Positions 46,919 to 56,699 of a DNA stretch of 64,000 bases are shown in pieces; the stretch's first letter is position 1, and the number at the start of each line of letters is the position of its first letter. Made by a program: the position numbers and the translations under genes. Source of the DNA: a bacterium (GTDB lineage: Bacteria; Acidobacteriota; HRBIN11; JAKEFK01); the NCBI GenBank assembly GCA_022616075.1, contig JAKEFK010000048.1:2371-66370 (forward strand), written 5' to 3'. The notes under the pieces are model-generated. The model was not told the DNA's origin. It searched no databases and saw only the letters and a list, made by a program, of their open reading frames with translations.

Positions 46919-48214
46919 ATGAATTCAAATTTAACCAAACTGGCTCGCACAAATTGGCAAATCATATGGATGATAACTTTTGCTTTTTTTGTCAGCCTAT
47001 TATCCTCAATTCCGGCTGATGCGGCTTTTCCGGGAGCCAATGGCAAAATCGCGTTTGAGAGCCGCGATCTGGTTGGGGGAGTTTTCCAGGTTTACGTGAT
47101 GGATGCGGACGGCTCGAATGTGACGCGTCTGACTGATGCAGCAAGTAACGAACGGCCAGCCTGGTCTCCGGACGGCGCCAAAATTGCGTTTGTAAGTAGT
47201 CGCGATGCAGGCGGTGAGATCTATATCATGAACGCCGATGGCTCCAATCAAACGCGTCTTACCAATACTCCTGCAAGCAGCGAACTGTTCCCCTCCTGGT
47301 CGGCGGACGGCAGTAAGATCACCTTTGAAAGCGATCGAGATGGAAATTTTGAAATTTACGTAATGAATGCCGATGGAACCAATCAGACCCGCATTACCAA
47401 TGACCCGGCTTTCGATGCCTTTCCCGCGTGGTCGCCCGATGGAACCAAGATTGCCTTTACAAGCGAGCGAGATGGGAACAGAGAAATCTACGTTATGAAT
47501 ACGGATGGCACAAACCAGACGAATCTCACGAACAATCCTGCGAACGAAGAAGATTCCGATTGGTCGCCCGATGGAAGCAAGATCCTTTTTACCAGCGATC
47601 GAACTCTCGTCTTTACCGTATTTGTCATGGATTCTGATGGATCAAACCAGACACCGCTTACGGATTCCGGATTAGCGGATTCATCAGGTGTATTCTCTCC
47701 CGATGGCACGAAGATCGCTTTTCTTAGCGCTCGGACTGGGAACGTTGATATATTCAGCATGGATGCGGACGGAACAAATCCGATCAACTTAACCAACAAT
47801 TCTGATTACGACATAAATCCAGACTGGCAGCCGCTTCCCAATTTCAATTGCCCTCATCCGAAGGGATTTTGGAAAGAAGATCCATCTGCCTGGCCGGTGT
47901 CCTTCCTCACTTTAGGAAGCCAGCTTTACACCAGCGCCGAGCTGCTTTCCATTCTGAATAGTCCGATTCGCGGTGATGCAAGCTTGATCCTGGCGCACCA
48001 GTTGATCTCTGCCAAATTGAATATCGCAAACGGTTCCAACCCGGCTCCTGTAAGCCTAGCAATATCGGATGCGGATAGTCTGCTCTCCTCTTTCTTCGGC
48101 AAGTTGCCCTACGATGTCAGGCCGTCAACAGCAACCGGAAGGGCTTTGAAAGATGCAGCGGATACGCTTTCGAACTATAACCAGGGCGAGTTAACGCCAG
48201 GGTGCGAACCATAA
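46919..48214 (+). CDS. secreted TolB-like beta-propeller (PD40 repeat) protein with extra C-terminal domain
   Basis: Signal/TM peptide. Seven or more repeats of the form ..SPDGSKIAF.S.RDG..EIYVMNADGSNQTRLTN. Confidence 0.8.
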   Translation: MNSNLTKLARTNWQIIWMITFAFFVSLLSSIPADAAFPGANGKIAFESRDLVGGVFQVYVMDADGSNVTRLTDAASNERPAWSPDGAKIAFVSSRDAGGEIYIMNADGSNQTRLTNTPASSELFPSWSADGSKITFESDRDGNFEIYVMNADGTNQTRITNDPAFDAFPAWSPDGTKIAFTSERDGNREIYVMNTDGTNQTNLTNNPANEEDSDWSPDGSKILFTSDRTLVFTVFVMDSDGSNQTPLTDSGLADSSGVFSPDGTKIAFLSARTGNVDIFSMDADGTNPINLTNNSDYDINPDWQPLPNFNCPHPKGFWKEDPSAWPVSFLTLGSQLYTSAELLSILNSPIRGDASLILAHQLISAKLNIANGSNPAPVSLAISDADSLLSSFFGKLPYDVRPSTATGRALKDAADTLSNYNQGELTPGCEP

Positions 48215-48427
48215 CACATTGACAAGCGGTACTAACTCGATAGGTTATTCCGGGGGCGATTCAGGAACTCATTGACGCGTTAAAAACCTTGTAGTGGCAG
48301 AGCATTTACTCGCCCTTAGTTTGATCGTGCTACTTTAGGATTGATTAAATTCTTTTGAATATGCGCATGCGATGGTAACGAGTACTCGACACAAGACCAT
48401 TTACATAAAGAGGAGAACAGCGGGCGC

Positions 48428-49420
48428 TTAATTGTCGTGCGCTAAAACAACCGGTAGTAGCTTCTTGGCGACATAATCATGTCCTGTAGCGTTCAGGTGC
48501 CACACATCATAGGCAAAAAACCTCGGTTGCCGCTTCTCATCCTTGAAACTTTGGAGTAGATCAATGCCTTTAATATGCTCTTTTGACAGAAATTTGCCAA
48601 CCGCCTGGTGAAGTTTCCAGTGTGGGTAATTGTTAAAATCCTTTTCTGTCATCTTGAATACGGGAAGTAAGACAATCATAAAGTCGATATTTTTTTTCTG
48701 TAACAAAGTTGACATTTCCTTGATTGCCCGGAAGACGGCATCCTTGTTTCTGCCATACGAGTACTCGTAGTATTCAAAAATGATCGGCCAGATCGCATTT
48801 CGAATATCAGTCCATAAGAAACTATTTGGTCTTTTGAAATACAAAACCTTTTTCGCTGACGCGAACTCGAAGTCGAAGTCATTTAAATGCATGACATAAA
48901 CGACCGAATCAGGTTGCAAACTTAGAACTTTTGTCTTTAACAGTTCGAGAAGCTGGACCGCATGATATCCATCTATAGCGCAATTCAGTGATTCCACTGA
49001 TCCGTTTCGGTATTGATTGTTTGCATAATATTCGAACTTGCTAACAAAAGTTTCATCATTTTGAACGAATAAGCCCACTGTGGCTGAGTCGCCAAGAAAC
49101 GCCACTCGCTTCGTGTTTTGTTTCTTGACAGACAGATCTCTGTCCACACCTCGAAAACCATAGCGATTTGTGGTCATCGTATAACCAAACGTTAAAGCCG
49201 TGTATTGGCTGTTTGGACGGTATTCCCACATCAATATTTCATTATTCGACGGGACGGTTAACGTTCCCTTCCAGTCACCTTGAAGCTGATAGTATGCTCT
49301 CCAGCGATCGTATTGCCTACCCCTCCATACCTCGTAAATAGTGATTACCATAATGAACGTAAACAGCGTGCCGAAAATCGCGAGACTACCTTTGGCCCGC
49401 CAGGTATCTTTAAGTGGCAT
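48428..49420 (-). CDS. membrane-anchored SGNH/GDSL-family hydrolase
   Basis: N-terminal TM. RVAFLGDSATVG block I with catalytic Ser. C-terminal D..H (WHLNATGHDY). Markedly AT-rich compared with its neighbours. Confidence 0.7.
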   Translation of the reverse strand: MPLKDTWRAKGSLAIFGTLFTFIMVITIYEVWRGRQYDRWRAYYQLQGDWKGTLTVPSNNEILMWEYRPNSQYTALTFGYTMTTNRYGFRGVDRDLSVKKQNTKRVAFLGDSATVGLFVQNDETFVSKFEYYANNQYRNGSVESLNCAIDGYHAVQLLELLKTKVLSLQPDSVVYVMHLNDFDFEFASAKKVLYFKRPNSFLWTDIRNAIWPIIFEYYEYSYGRNKDAVFRAIKEMSTLLQKKNIDFMIVLLPVFKMTEKDFNNYPHWKLHQAVGKFLSKEHIKGIDLLQSFKDEKRQPRFFAYDVWHLNATGHDYVAKKLLPVVLAHDN

Positions 49421-49496
49421 ATTAACCGGAACAAAGTTTACGCATTGACAACCGTAATCAAGTCGATTAGCTTATCCATCTTTATTGGAGGAAATA

Positions 49497-49952
49497 ATGC
49501 CTATCGAAGTTGGACAACCTGCACCGGATTTTACTTTAAAAGATCAAAATCAAAAAGAAGTATCATTAAAAGATTTGCGCGGAAAGAACGTGGTTTTAGC
49601 GTTCTATCCCTTAGACTTCAGCCCCGTATGCAGCAAAGAACACGCATGCTTTCACGATGACTTCAGCCAATTCAAAGGACTCAACGCGGAAATTCTTGGA
49701 ATCAGCGTGGATAGCGCCTGGACTCACAAAGCTTTTGCCGAAAAACTAGGAATCGAATATCCATTGCTTGCCGATTTCCATCCAAAAGGAGCAGTAGCCC
49801 AGAAATTCGGCCTCTATCTTGGAGAAAAAGGCATCACAAATCGCGCAACCGTAATCGTGGATAAAGAAGGAATCGTTCGTTACGTCAATGTTTATGACAT
49901 TCCGCAACAGCGAGCGAATCAGGAGCTCATCGACGCATTAAAAGGTTTGTGA
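49497..49952 (+). CDS. peroxiredoxin (AhpC/TSA, Bcp/PrxQ-like)
   Basis: FYPLDFSPVCSKE peroxidatic Cys motif. RBS ggagga 5-10 nt upstream. Track ORF starts at TTG 49485. Confidence 0.85.
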   Translation: MPIEVGQPAPDFTLKDQNQKEVSLKDLRGKNVVLAFYPLDFSPVCSKEHACFHDDFSQFKGLNAEILGISVDSAWTHKAFAEKLGIEYPLLADFHPKGAVAQKFGLYLGEKGITNRATVIVDKEGIVRYVNVYDIPQQRANQELIDALKGL

Positions 49953-49993
49953 TTTTTTCCAGCCAGAGGCGCAAACCGTCCTAAAGTTCAGAT

Positions 49994-50067
49994 GGGGCGC
50001 GGACTTCAGTCCGCAAAAACTTGTGAGCGCAAAAACCACTTTGCGGGCAAGGATGCCCGCGCTCCCA
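49994..50067. repeat. family-3 palindromic repeat core (GGRGCGCGGACTTCAGTCCGCAAAAAC...TTTGCGGGCAAGGATGCCCGCGCTCCCAC), without TIRs
   Basis: About 85% identical to the core inside the MITE at 63794-63867. Confidence 0.75.
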
Positions 50068-50170
50068 CACGAACCGCAGCATTAGTATTCCTGCACGGTC
50101 GTGTAAGCAATCCGGTCATCGCTGTACGGATTCCTTACAAAAACAACTCGCCTCCTCGTCGATTCAAAAA

Positions 50171-50186
50171 TGGTACAGCTTTTGCT
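50171..50186 (+). promoter_or_regulatory. sigma-54 promoter candidate TGGTACagcttTTGCT
   Basis: Identical at 14 of 16 positions to the element at 25029-25044. Lies 25 nt upstream of the ATG at 50212. Confidence 0.55.
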
Positions 50187-50211
50187 CTGACGGTTTGCAA
50201 GGAGTCAGAAC

Positions 50212-50970
50212 ATGAAAAAACAATCCGTAATGTTTGCGTTTTTGATGTTAGCCGTTTCTCTTCCTTATCTTGCTTTTTCAGAAACGGTCAACTGCACAGC
50301 AATTACATCAGTGCCCTATACCATTAATACTCCAGGCGTTTACTGCTTTCGAAGCAACTGGAACTTTCCTACGGCCTTCGGCAACATGGTCACGATCAAC
50401 GCATCAGGTGTAGTCATTGACCTGAACGGGTACACTCTAAGCAACCAGCTCGCCGGTCCGGCAACCTCAACGAAAGCATTCTATGCAAATGAAAAAAGCA
50501 ACATCGTAATCAAAAACGGCGAGATCAGATACTTCTACACGGCCATCGATCTTTCTGACAGTCGCGCCCTCAACGTTGCTCAAACGAATACCGTAGAAGG
50601 AATTCGCGCAATCTACAACACACACGCCGGGATCTGGGTTGCAGGAATGGGACACATCCTGCGGAAGAATGAAGTTTCGAATACCGGAGTTGGAAGCTCC
50701 GCTCCGGATAGCAGTCATTTCGCCATTCGCGTAGGGCAAGGTTTTGGCGCGCGCGTGCTAAATAACGAAATCAATCTCGTAGCCGCCCCCTCCGGCGCTT
50801 ACGGAATCTATTTTGCAAACCATTCGCATGGTCTGGCCGTTGGAAACCGGATCACCAGCACCGGTTCCGGGATCACCTATTTTTCCAGTACAGGAAAATA
50901 TCGAGATACTCTTACGAGCGGAGTTACTACACCTTACTCGGGCGGCACGAATGCGGGGAATAACCAATGA
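50212..50970 (+). CDS. secreted right-handed parallel beta-helix (pectin-lyase-fold-like) protein
   Basis: Signal peptide. Repetitive ..N..I.N..I....G.. coils with many Asn/Gly/Thr residues. Confidence 0.55.
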   Translation: MKKQSVMFAFLMLAVSLPYLAFSETVNCTAITSVPYTINTPGVYCFRSNWNFPTAFGNMVTINASGVVIDLNGYTLSNQLAGPATSTKAFYANEKSNIVIKNGEIRYFYTAIDLSDSRALNVAQTNTVEGIRAIYNTHAGIWVAGMGHILRKNEVSNTGVGSSAPDSSHFAIRVGQGFGARVLNNEINLVAAPSGAYGIYFANHSHGLAVGNRITSTGSGITYFSSTGKYRDTLTSGVTTPYSGGTNAGNNQ

Positions 50971-51905
50971 AGGCTGCATCGGTTCTGTTGGCCTTCCTAT
51001 TAATGACTAACCTTGCTCAAGCCCAGGAATTCTGGTTAAACCTTCGTACAGGAAAAATGTACCCGATCGATACGAAAGTCGAAAATCATGACCCACGAAT
51101 CAGTGGTCTTCTGGTGAAAGGTTTGTTCAAACCCACAGGGATGATTGAGAATCGTGGGAAGCTGCCTGAACCTCCTTCCAATGCGCCGGAAGGCTGGATC
51201 GATTTGGCGACAGGGCAAATTCATTTTGATAAGGAAGGGCTCATGGTTCGCTCACCATACTTGAGAGGATGGTTCAATGGATTCGGCGGCTTCTTCGTTT
51301 ACCAGAAGGAGATCGATCAGTGGAACGCGAAATTCAAGGAGAAAAGCAAACCGGTTGAATCAATCACGGTGCCTCTAGGATTGGAGCCTGGCAGAATGAT
51401 CCATCCCGCTCCACCGGTTCCAAGATTCACACGAGACCTCGAAATCCCGCATGTGCATGTCGACTACGCTGAAGTAGACAATCGCGGTCTGCTGTCCATC
51501 CGACTTTCTGTGGATGTGGAAAATGCGGGTCTGGAAACGTGGGGTTATGAGACGCGCGTGGAAGTCGCCTGCCAGGAGGCGGGCAGAATCCATAGCGCCG
51601 AAGCAACGCAGCCACTGTTGAATAGCTTATCGGCCGGAACGACGCAATCCATACGCTTTCAGGCAAGACCAAGAATGATACAGGAAAGCAATCTGCCTTA
51701 TCCATTTTCTTCGGCAGATATTTATCAGCACTTCGGATCTGTTCGGCGTTGGATCAATGTTTCTGCGCGTGTAGTAAGTCGATTCGACGAAAATGATGCG
51801 AACAATTTATATCGCTTAAAGGTGATGTTCAACGAGACCGGAGAAGTGATCGAATCGCAGTTCCTCCAATCTCCAGGCACTGTGGCGGTAGAAGTCCCCC
51901 GATAA
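50967..51905 (+). CDS. secreted hypothetical protein
   Basis: Signal peptide MKAASVLLAFLLMTNLAQAQE. ATGA overlap with the upstream gene. No known domain. Confidence 0.5.
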   Translation: MKAASVLLAFLLMTNLAQAQEFWLNLRTGKMYPIDTKVENHDPRISGLLVKGLFKPTGMIENRGKLPEPPSNAPEGWIDLATGQIHFDKEGLMVRSPYLRGWFNGFGGFFVYQKEIDQWNAKFKEKSKPVESITVPLGLEPGRMIHPAPPVPRFTRDLEIPHVHVDYAEVDNRGLLSIRLSVDVENAGLETWGYETRVEVACQEAGRIHSAEATQPLLNSLSAGTTQSIRFQARPRMIQESNLPYPFSSADIYQHFGSVRRWINVSARVVSRFDENDANNLYRLKVMFNETGEVIESQFLQSPGTVAVEVPR

Positions 51906-51929
51906 CGTGAGATAATTTTTTTAGATGCC

Positions 51930-54900
51930 ATGACCTTTTCCGAACGCGATCCGGCGCCCGCTTCGAGATTTCCTGTGCAGAACTGGGAACGCTACGAATT
52001 TATTGAGCTGATCGGCGAAGGAAGCATGGGGCGCGTTTACAAAGCTTATGATCCGCGCTTAAAAAGATTCGTGGCATTGAAATTCATCCGCGGTGACGAT
52101 CCGGAGCTCACAAAACGTTTCCAGCAAGAAGCGGAAGCCCAGGCAAGGATCGAACAGGATCACGTTTGCAAGATCTATGAAGTCGGGGAAGTGCAATCCA
52201 AACCTTATATCTGCATGCAGTTCATAGACGGCTGTTCCTTGAAAGATGCAGGATCGCAAATGAATCTTCAACAGAAGATTCGCGTAATCCAGCAGGCGCT
52301 TCGGGCGTTGGAGGAGGCGCACCGGCTTGGCCTGATTCACCGCGACATGAAGCCATCCAACATCATGGTGGAAAAGCGGCAGGAGGAGTGGCGCGCCAGC
52401 GTCGTTGATTTCGGGCTGGTCCGACAGATGGAAGGTCCCGCCTACACCATGACCGGTGAAGTTCTCGGCACTCCTGCTTACATGTCTCCGGAGCAGGCGG
52501 CGGGAGGGAGCCGTAAAGCAGACGCCCGAACCGACATCTACGGTATTGGTGCTACTTTATACGAATCAATTAGCGGTCACAGGCCTTTTGAAGGCGCCAC
52601 AGGAATCGAAACTCTTATGAAGGTTCTCCAAGAAGAACCTGTCCCTTTGCGCAGAAGGGATCCGGCAATTCCCAGGGATCTCGAATCGATCGTAATGAAG
52701 TGTCTGGAAAAAGCTCCTTACAGGCGTTACGAGTCAGCCGGGAAGTTGTCCGAAGATTTGGACCGATATCTCGAAGGGCAACCGGTCCTGGCCCGGCCGG
52801 CAGGGATCAGCTATCGAATTCAGAAGAAGATCAGCAAAAATCCGGTCCTTGCAGCCACTCTGGTAATCTCCGTGATCATTATTCTTTTGCTTGCCGGCGT
52901 GGCTCTCTATTCATTCTGGCGTTCTGCGGAAAAAGCCCGGCTCGCGCAAGAGTTCGGACAACAAGTGGAAAAGATGGAAAGCATCATGAGGATCGCATAC
53001 ATGCTCCCGTTACATGATGTGCGAAAGGAAATGCAAACGGTTCGAAACAGAATGCAAGAGGTCCGCTCTCAGATGAAACAGGTTGGAAAGCATGCTGAAG
53101 GACCGGGCGACTACGCATTGGCACGCGGTTATCTGGCGTTGAAGGAATTTCAAAAAGCGAAACTACACCTCGATAGAGCATGGAACAACGAATACCGGCC
53201 TGCGGAGGTGGCTCTCGCTCTTGGATGGGTGCACGGAGAGTTATTTCAACAGGAAAACCTGGAAGCCGAACAAATTTCCAATCGTGAAATTAGGATTCTT
53301 AAAAAGCAGCAAATCGAAAAGGAATACCGGGATCCGGCTCTCAAGTATCTGCGGCTTGGGAGAACAAGCACAACGGAGAATGCGGCGTTTATAAGGGCGC
53401 TCGTCCAATATTATGAAAAGCAATGGGAAAAGGCTTCGCAATCGGCATCCTCTGCTTACGCGAACGCAGCCTGGTTGTATGAAGCAATCGTTCTGGAAGG
53501 GAATGTTCATCTTGCGGTTGCAGCAGAAAAGAGAATGTCGGGGGATCAAACCGCAGCGAAAGAACAACTGGATCAGGCGCGCAAGAAGTTTCAAGCGGCC
53601 TCCCGCATAGCTCCCAGTGATCCGCGCATCCATGAAAGTCTTTGCGCCTGGGGCGGCCACGTGATTGCAATTGAAAATGAAGTAGGTGGAAGAGCGGAAG
53701 ATATTTACAATGCGTCGAAAAAAGACTGCGATAACGCACAACTCGCCAATCCAGACAGCGCGGAAGCATATGCAAACCTTTCGTTCCTGTACAGCAATCA
53801 GGCTGAATCGCTCGCATTAGCTGGGCAGGATTCGACCGCGCTGTATCAGCAAGCCTTGTCATCCGGTCAGCGCGCGCTGCAACTGAGACCGGATTGGATC
53901 CTGCCCCACTTACATCTCGGATATGCATGGATGGGATTCGCGGAAGCCAGGATCAGCACAGGTTCTGATCCAACCACCGATTTTCAAACCGCGATTCGAC
54001 ACTACCGCTCTGCACTGCAACAAAATCCCAACGAAGCAGTAGCTCACAACAGCATCGGCTATGCGAATAGCCGGCTTGGCTTGTATGCATTAAACAGTGG
54101 CGCTGATCCACAACCTTTCCTGCGAGATTCAATCAAGAGTTTTGAAAATGCGGCTTCGCTTGTTCCCAAAGAGGCAAGATTTCCATCCAATATCGGAGCC
54201 GCCTATGCAATGCTGGGATCCTACAAAATGGATCATGGCCATGAGCCGGTCCAAGATTTGCAGAATGCGCTCAAGTTCTTTGATCGCGCCCTTACCATGA
54301 ATTCGAATCTAGCATCCATTCGATTGAATAAAGGTTTCATACATATGGATCTGGGGAAATATGAATCGAGACATGGCCGGACTCCACTTCCGGAAATGGA
54401 AAAGGCGCTGGAAAATTTTGATATTGCAGCAAAGGCAACTCCAAACTTCTTTTACATCCCACATGCGCGATCGATTGTGTACTTACAACTGGCCGAGTTT
54501 GCTGCGCTGACCGGTGAAGACCCGACACCGCATGCTTCTCGTGTCATCGGAAATGTCGAAGCGGGACTTAAGTTAAATCCAGCCTTCGCTGAATTTCATG
54601 AAAGCGCCGGATACGCGCTTATCCTCGAAGCTCAACATGCCAAACAGCCCGGTCCGTTATTCGACAAAGCCCGGGCACGGCTGATGCGTTCGCTCGAAAT
54701 CGATCCAAGCGCCTACACAAGCTATCTGAGACTTGGCGAACTGGAGATCGCTAATGAGGCATGGGCAAACGCCGAAGCGAATCTCAAGAAGTCGTTGGAG
54801 ATGAATTCCAATAACTTGCGAACCTACATTGCGCTTGCTCGCTGCTACGTGAATCGCTTTTGGCCCGGCGACTTCGAACAAGGAATCGCGATTTTGGAGA

Positions 54901-55091
54901 AGGCCGCCAAACTAAATCCAGTTCACGCGGAAACGGTCGCGCTCCGCGGAGCATTGCTCATGCAGCAAGCAAAGATCGAAATGGATCCGCGAAAGAAGGC
55001 GTCGCTTATGACAGAAGCATTAGCTCTAACCGAAAAAGCGATTCAAGCCAATCAAAACCTGCGATTTCGCTATCAAACAAGTAGCGACTGA
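51930..55091 (+). CDS. Ser/Thr protein kinase with TM and a large (about 700-aa) extracytoplasmic TPR-like domain
   Basis: Hanks motifs GEGSMGRVY, ALK, HRDMKPSN, DFGL, SPEQ. TM (VLAATLVISVIIILLLAGVALY). Long Ala-rich helical repeats. Confidence 0.9.
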   Translation: MTFSERDPAPASRFPVQNWERYEFIELIGEGSMGRVYKAYDPRLKRFVALKFIRGDDPELTKRFQQEAEAQARIEQDHVCKIYEVGEVQSKPYICMQFIDGCSLKDAGSQMNLQQKIRVIQQALRALEEAHRLGLIHRDMKPSNIMVEKRQEEWRASVVDFGLVRQMEGPAYTMTGEVLGTPAYMSPEQAAGGSRKADARTDIYGIGATLYESISGHRPFEGATGIETLMKVLQEEPVPLRRRDPAIPRDLESIVMKCLEKAPYRRYESAGKLSEDLDRYLEGQPVLARPAGISYRIQKKISKNPVLAATLVISVIIILLLAGVALYSFWRSAEKARLAQEFGQQVEKMESIMRIAYMLPLHDVRKEMQTVRNRMQEVRSQMKQVGKHAEGPGDYALARGYLALKEFQKAKLHLDRAWNNEYRPAEVALALGWVHGELFQQENLEAEQISNREIRILKKQQIEKEYRDPALKYLRLGRTSTTENAAFIRALVQYYEKQWEKASQSASSAYANAAWLYEAIVLEGNVHLAVAAEKRMSGDQTAAKEQLDQARKKFQAASRIAPSDPRIHESLCAWGGHVIAIENEVGGRAEDIYNASKKDCDNAQLANPDSAEAYANLSFLYSNQAESLALAGQDSTALYQQALSSGQRALQLRPDWILPHLHLGYAWMGFAEARISTGSDPTTDFQTAIRHYRSALQQNPNEAVAHNSIGYANSRLGLYALNSGADPQPFLRDSIKSFENAASLVPKEARFPSNIGAAYAMLGSYKMDHGHEPVQDLQNALKFFDRALTMNSNLASIRLNKGFIHMDLGKYESRHGRTPLPEMEKALENFDIAAKATPNFFYIPHARSIVYLQLAEFAALTGEDPTPHASRVIGNVEAGLKLNPAFAEFHESAGYALILEAQHAKQPGPLFDKARARLMRSLEIDPSAYTSYLRLGELEIANEAWANAEANLKKSLEMNSNNLRTYIALARCYVNRFWPGDFEQGIAILEKAAKLNPVHAETVALRGALLMQQAKIEMDPRKKASLMTEALALTEKAIQANQNLRFRYQTSSD

Positions 55092-55164
55092 AGTCGCTAC
55101 TACCAGCCCGATCATGACGACATTTTTTTTCTGGCGGGCTCGTAGTAGCGACTTTAGTCGCTAT
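55080..55164. terminator. paired perfect hairpins (AGTAGCGACtgaaGTCGCTACT and TAGCGACtttaGTCGCTA) around a T8 tract, between convergent genes
   Basis: Two 9/7-bp-stem hairpins sharing the GTAGCGAC arm. The STPK stop codon TGA lies in the loop of hairpin 1, and hairpin 2 abuts the stop of the minus-strand regulator. Confidence 0.5.
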
Positions 55165-55173
55165 TTCAACCTG

Positions 55174-56685
55174 CTACTGAATCTGATACTTTGCCAACTT
55201 TTCATAAAACGCGCTTCGCGACATTCCCAGCAAATCCGCAGCCTTACTCTTATTCCCTAACGTGCTCTCCAGCGCTTTCAAAATCGCTTTTTTCTCAACC
55301 GTAGAAAGCTTCCTGTCGTCTTCTTCCGCGGGAGGAAGGAGCGGTAGATATTCCGATTCCAGAATCAAGACTCGCCGTATTTCATTGGCGAGCTGCCGAA
55401 CATTTCCAGGCCAATCATATTCCAGAAACTTCATCATAATTTCAGGAGGAAGCGGTTTAACCGGCTGTTGCAACTCTGCGCAAACGGTTTGCATGAAGTG
55501 ATCGATGAGAAGTGGAATGTCTTCCCTGCGTTCGCGCAAAGGAGGAAGGAGAATGTGAATGACATTCAAGCGAAAATACAAATCATTTCTAAATTTTCCC
55601 TGTTTGATCAACTCTTCAAGATCCTTATTCGTTGCGGCAATCATGCGCACATCCACCTTAATGTTTTCCTTACTCCCAACGGGCCGGAGCTCCCCTTCCT
55701 GCAGGATCCGCAACAGTTTTTTTTGCATCTCTTCGCTCATGTCTCCGACTTCATCAAGAAAAAGAGTGCCGCCGTCCGCAACTTGAAATAAACCGATTTT
55801 GTTTTCATCCGCTCCGGTAAATGCCCCTTTGCGATGGCCGAATAGCTCGCTTTCCAAAAGCGTATCGCTGAAAGCGGAACAGTTAATGGAAACCATCGGC
55901 TTTTCCGATCGCGGACCGAAGTGGTGCAAATATCTTGCGATCTGCTCTTTGCCGGTTCCGCTCTCGCCGGTAATGAGGACGCTTGCACTCGTGCCAACGA
56001 CCTTTTCGAGGATTCGGAAAATTCGCTTCATCGGCTGCGACTTACCAACGATCGTTTCCAGGCCGAAAACCTTCTTTAACTCGCGTTGCGTTTCGGCCAA
56101 CAGGTGCCTCATTTCGGCGAGATTTCCCGCCTGCACTTCCACGCGTTTCTGCAGTTGAGAGTTCAGCGACTCGATCTCCCGGTTCTTTTCTCGAACCTCT
56201 TCGAACAGTTTTGCATTTTCAATCGAGATCGAAACATAATTCGCGAGTGCTTTCATAATCTGCAAATGCTCTTCGGTTAGTGGACTCACCATGGAAGTTG
56301 AATCAATATAGATTACGCCCAGAAACGCATTCTCACGCTGAAACAAAGGAATGGCAATCGCGGACTTCAGTTGCAATTTGCGAACGCTCTCGGCATCGGC
56401 AAACTGCGCATCCTTTGTCAGGCGCGGAATGTAAACAGATTGCAGCTCTTTTCGCGCTTTTTCGATGACAGTTGTGGAACCGCTGAAATCCTGCTCCGTT
56501 AAGTCTTCTCTCGCGCTGTTGCGTCCTGCTTGAACGCTGAACTTCCGGTCTTTTTCATCGAGAACCACAAACGCACGGTCCGCGCCGGTCAAGTCCAGCG
56601 TCACGTCCAGCACGGCCGGAAGCAAATCGTCCAGTTGAAGCAGCGAATTTAAAGTTGCAAGGGACTCCAGAACTTTCGGAAGCAT
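55174..56685 (-). CDS. sigma-54-dependent transcriptional regulator with N-terminal GAF domain
   Basis: GAF (about 160 aa). AAA+ sigma-54 interaction domain (GESGTGKEQIARYLH, ESELFGHRKGAFTGA). C-terminal HTH_8 (LLGMSRSAFYEKL). Confidence 0.9.
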   Translation of the reverse strand: MLPKVLESLATLNSLLQLDDLLPAVLDVTLDLTGADRAFVVLDEKDRKFSVQAGRNSAREDLTEQDFSGSTTVIEKARKELQSVYIPRLTKDAQFADAESVRKLQLKSAIAIPLFQRENAFLGVIYIDSTSMVSPLTEEHLQIMKALANYVSISIENAKLFEEVREKNREIESLNSQLQKRVEVQAGNLAEMRHLLAETQRELKKVFGLETIVGKSQPMKRIFRILEKVVGTSASVLITGESGTGKEQIARYLHHFGPRSEKPMVSINCSAFSDTLLESELFGHRKGAFTGADENKIGLFQVADGGTLFLDEVGDMSEEMQKKLLRILQEGELRPVGSKENIKVDVRMIAATNKDLEELIKQGKFRNDLYFRLNVIHILLPPLRERREDIPLLIDHFMQTVCAELQQPVKPLPPEIMMKFLEYDWPGNVRQLANEIRRVLILESEYLPLLPPAEEDDRKLSTVEKKAILKALESTLGNKSKAADLLGMSRSAFYEKLAKYQIQ

Positions 56686-56699
56686 GTTCGATTATGATT

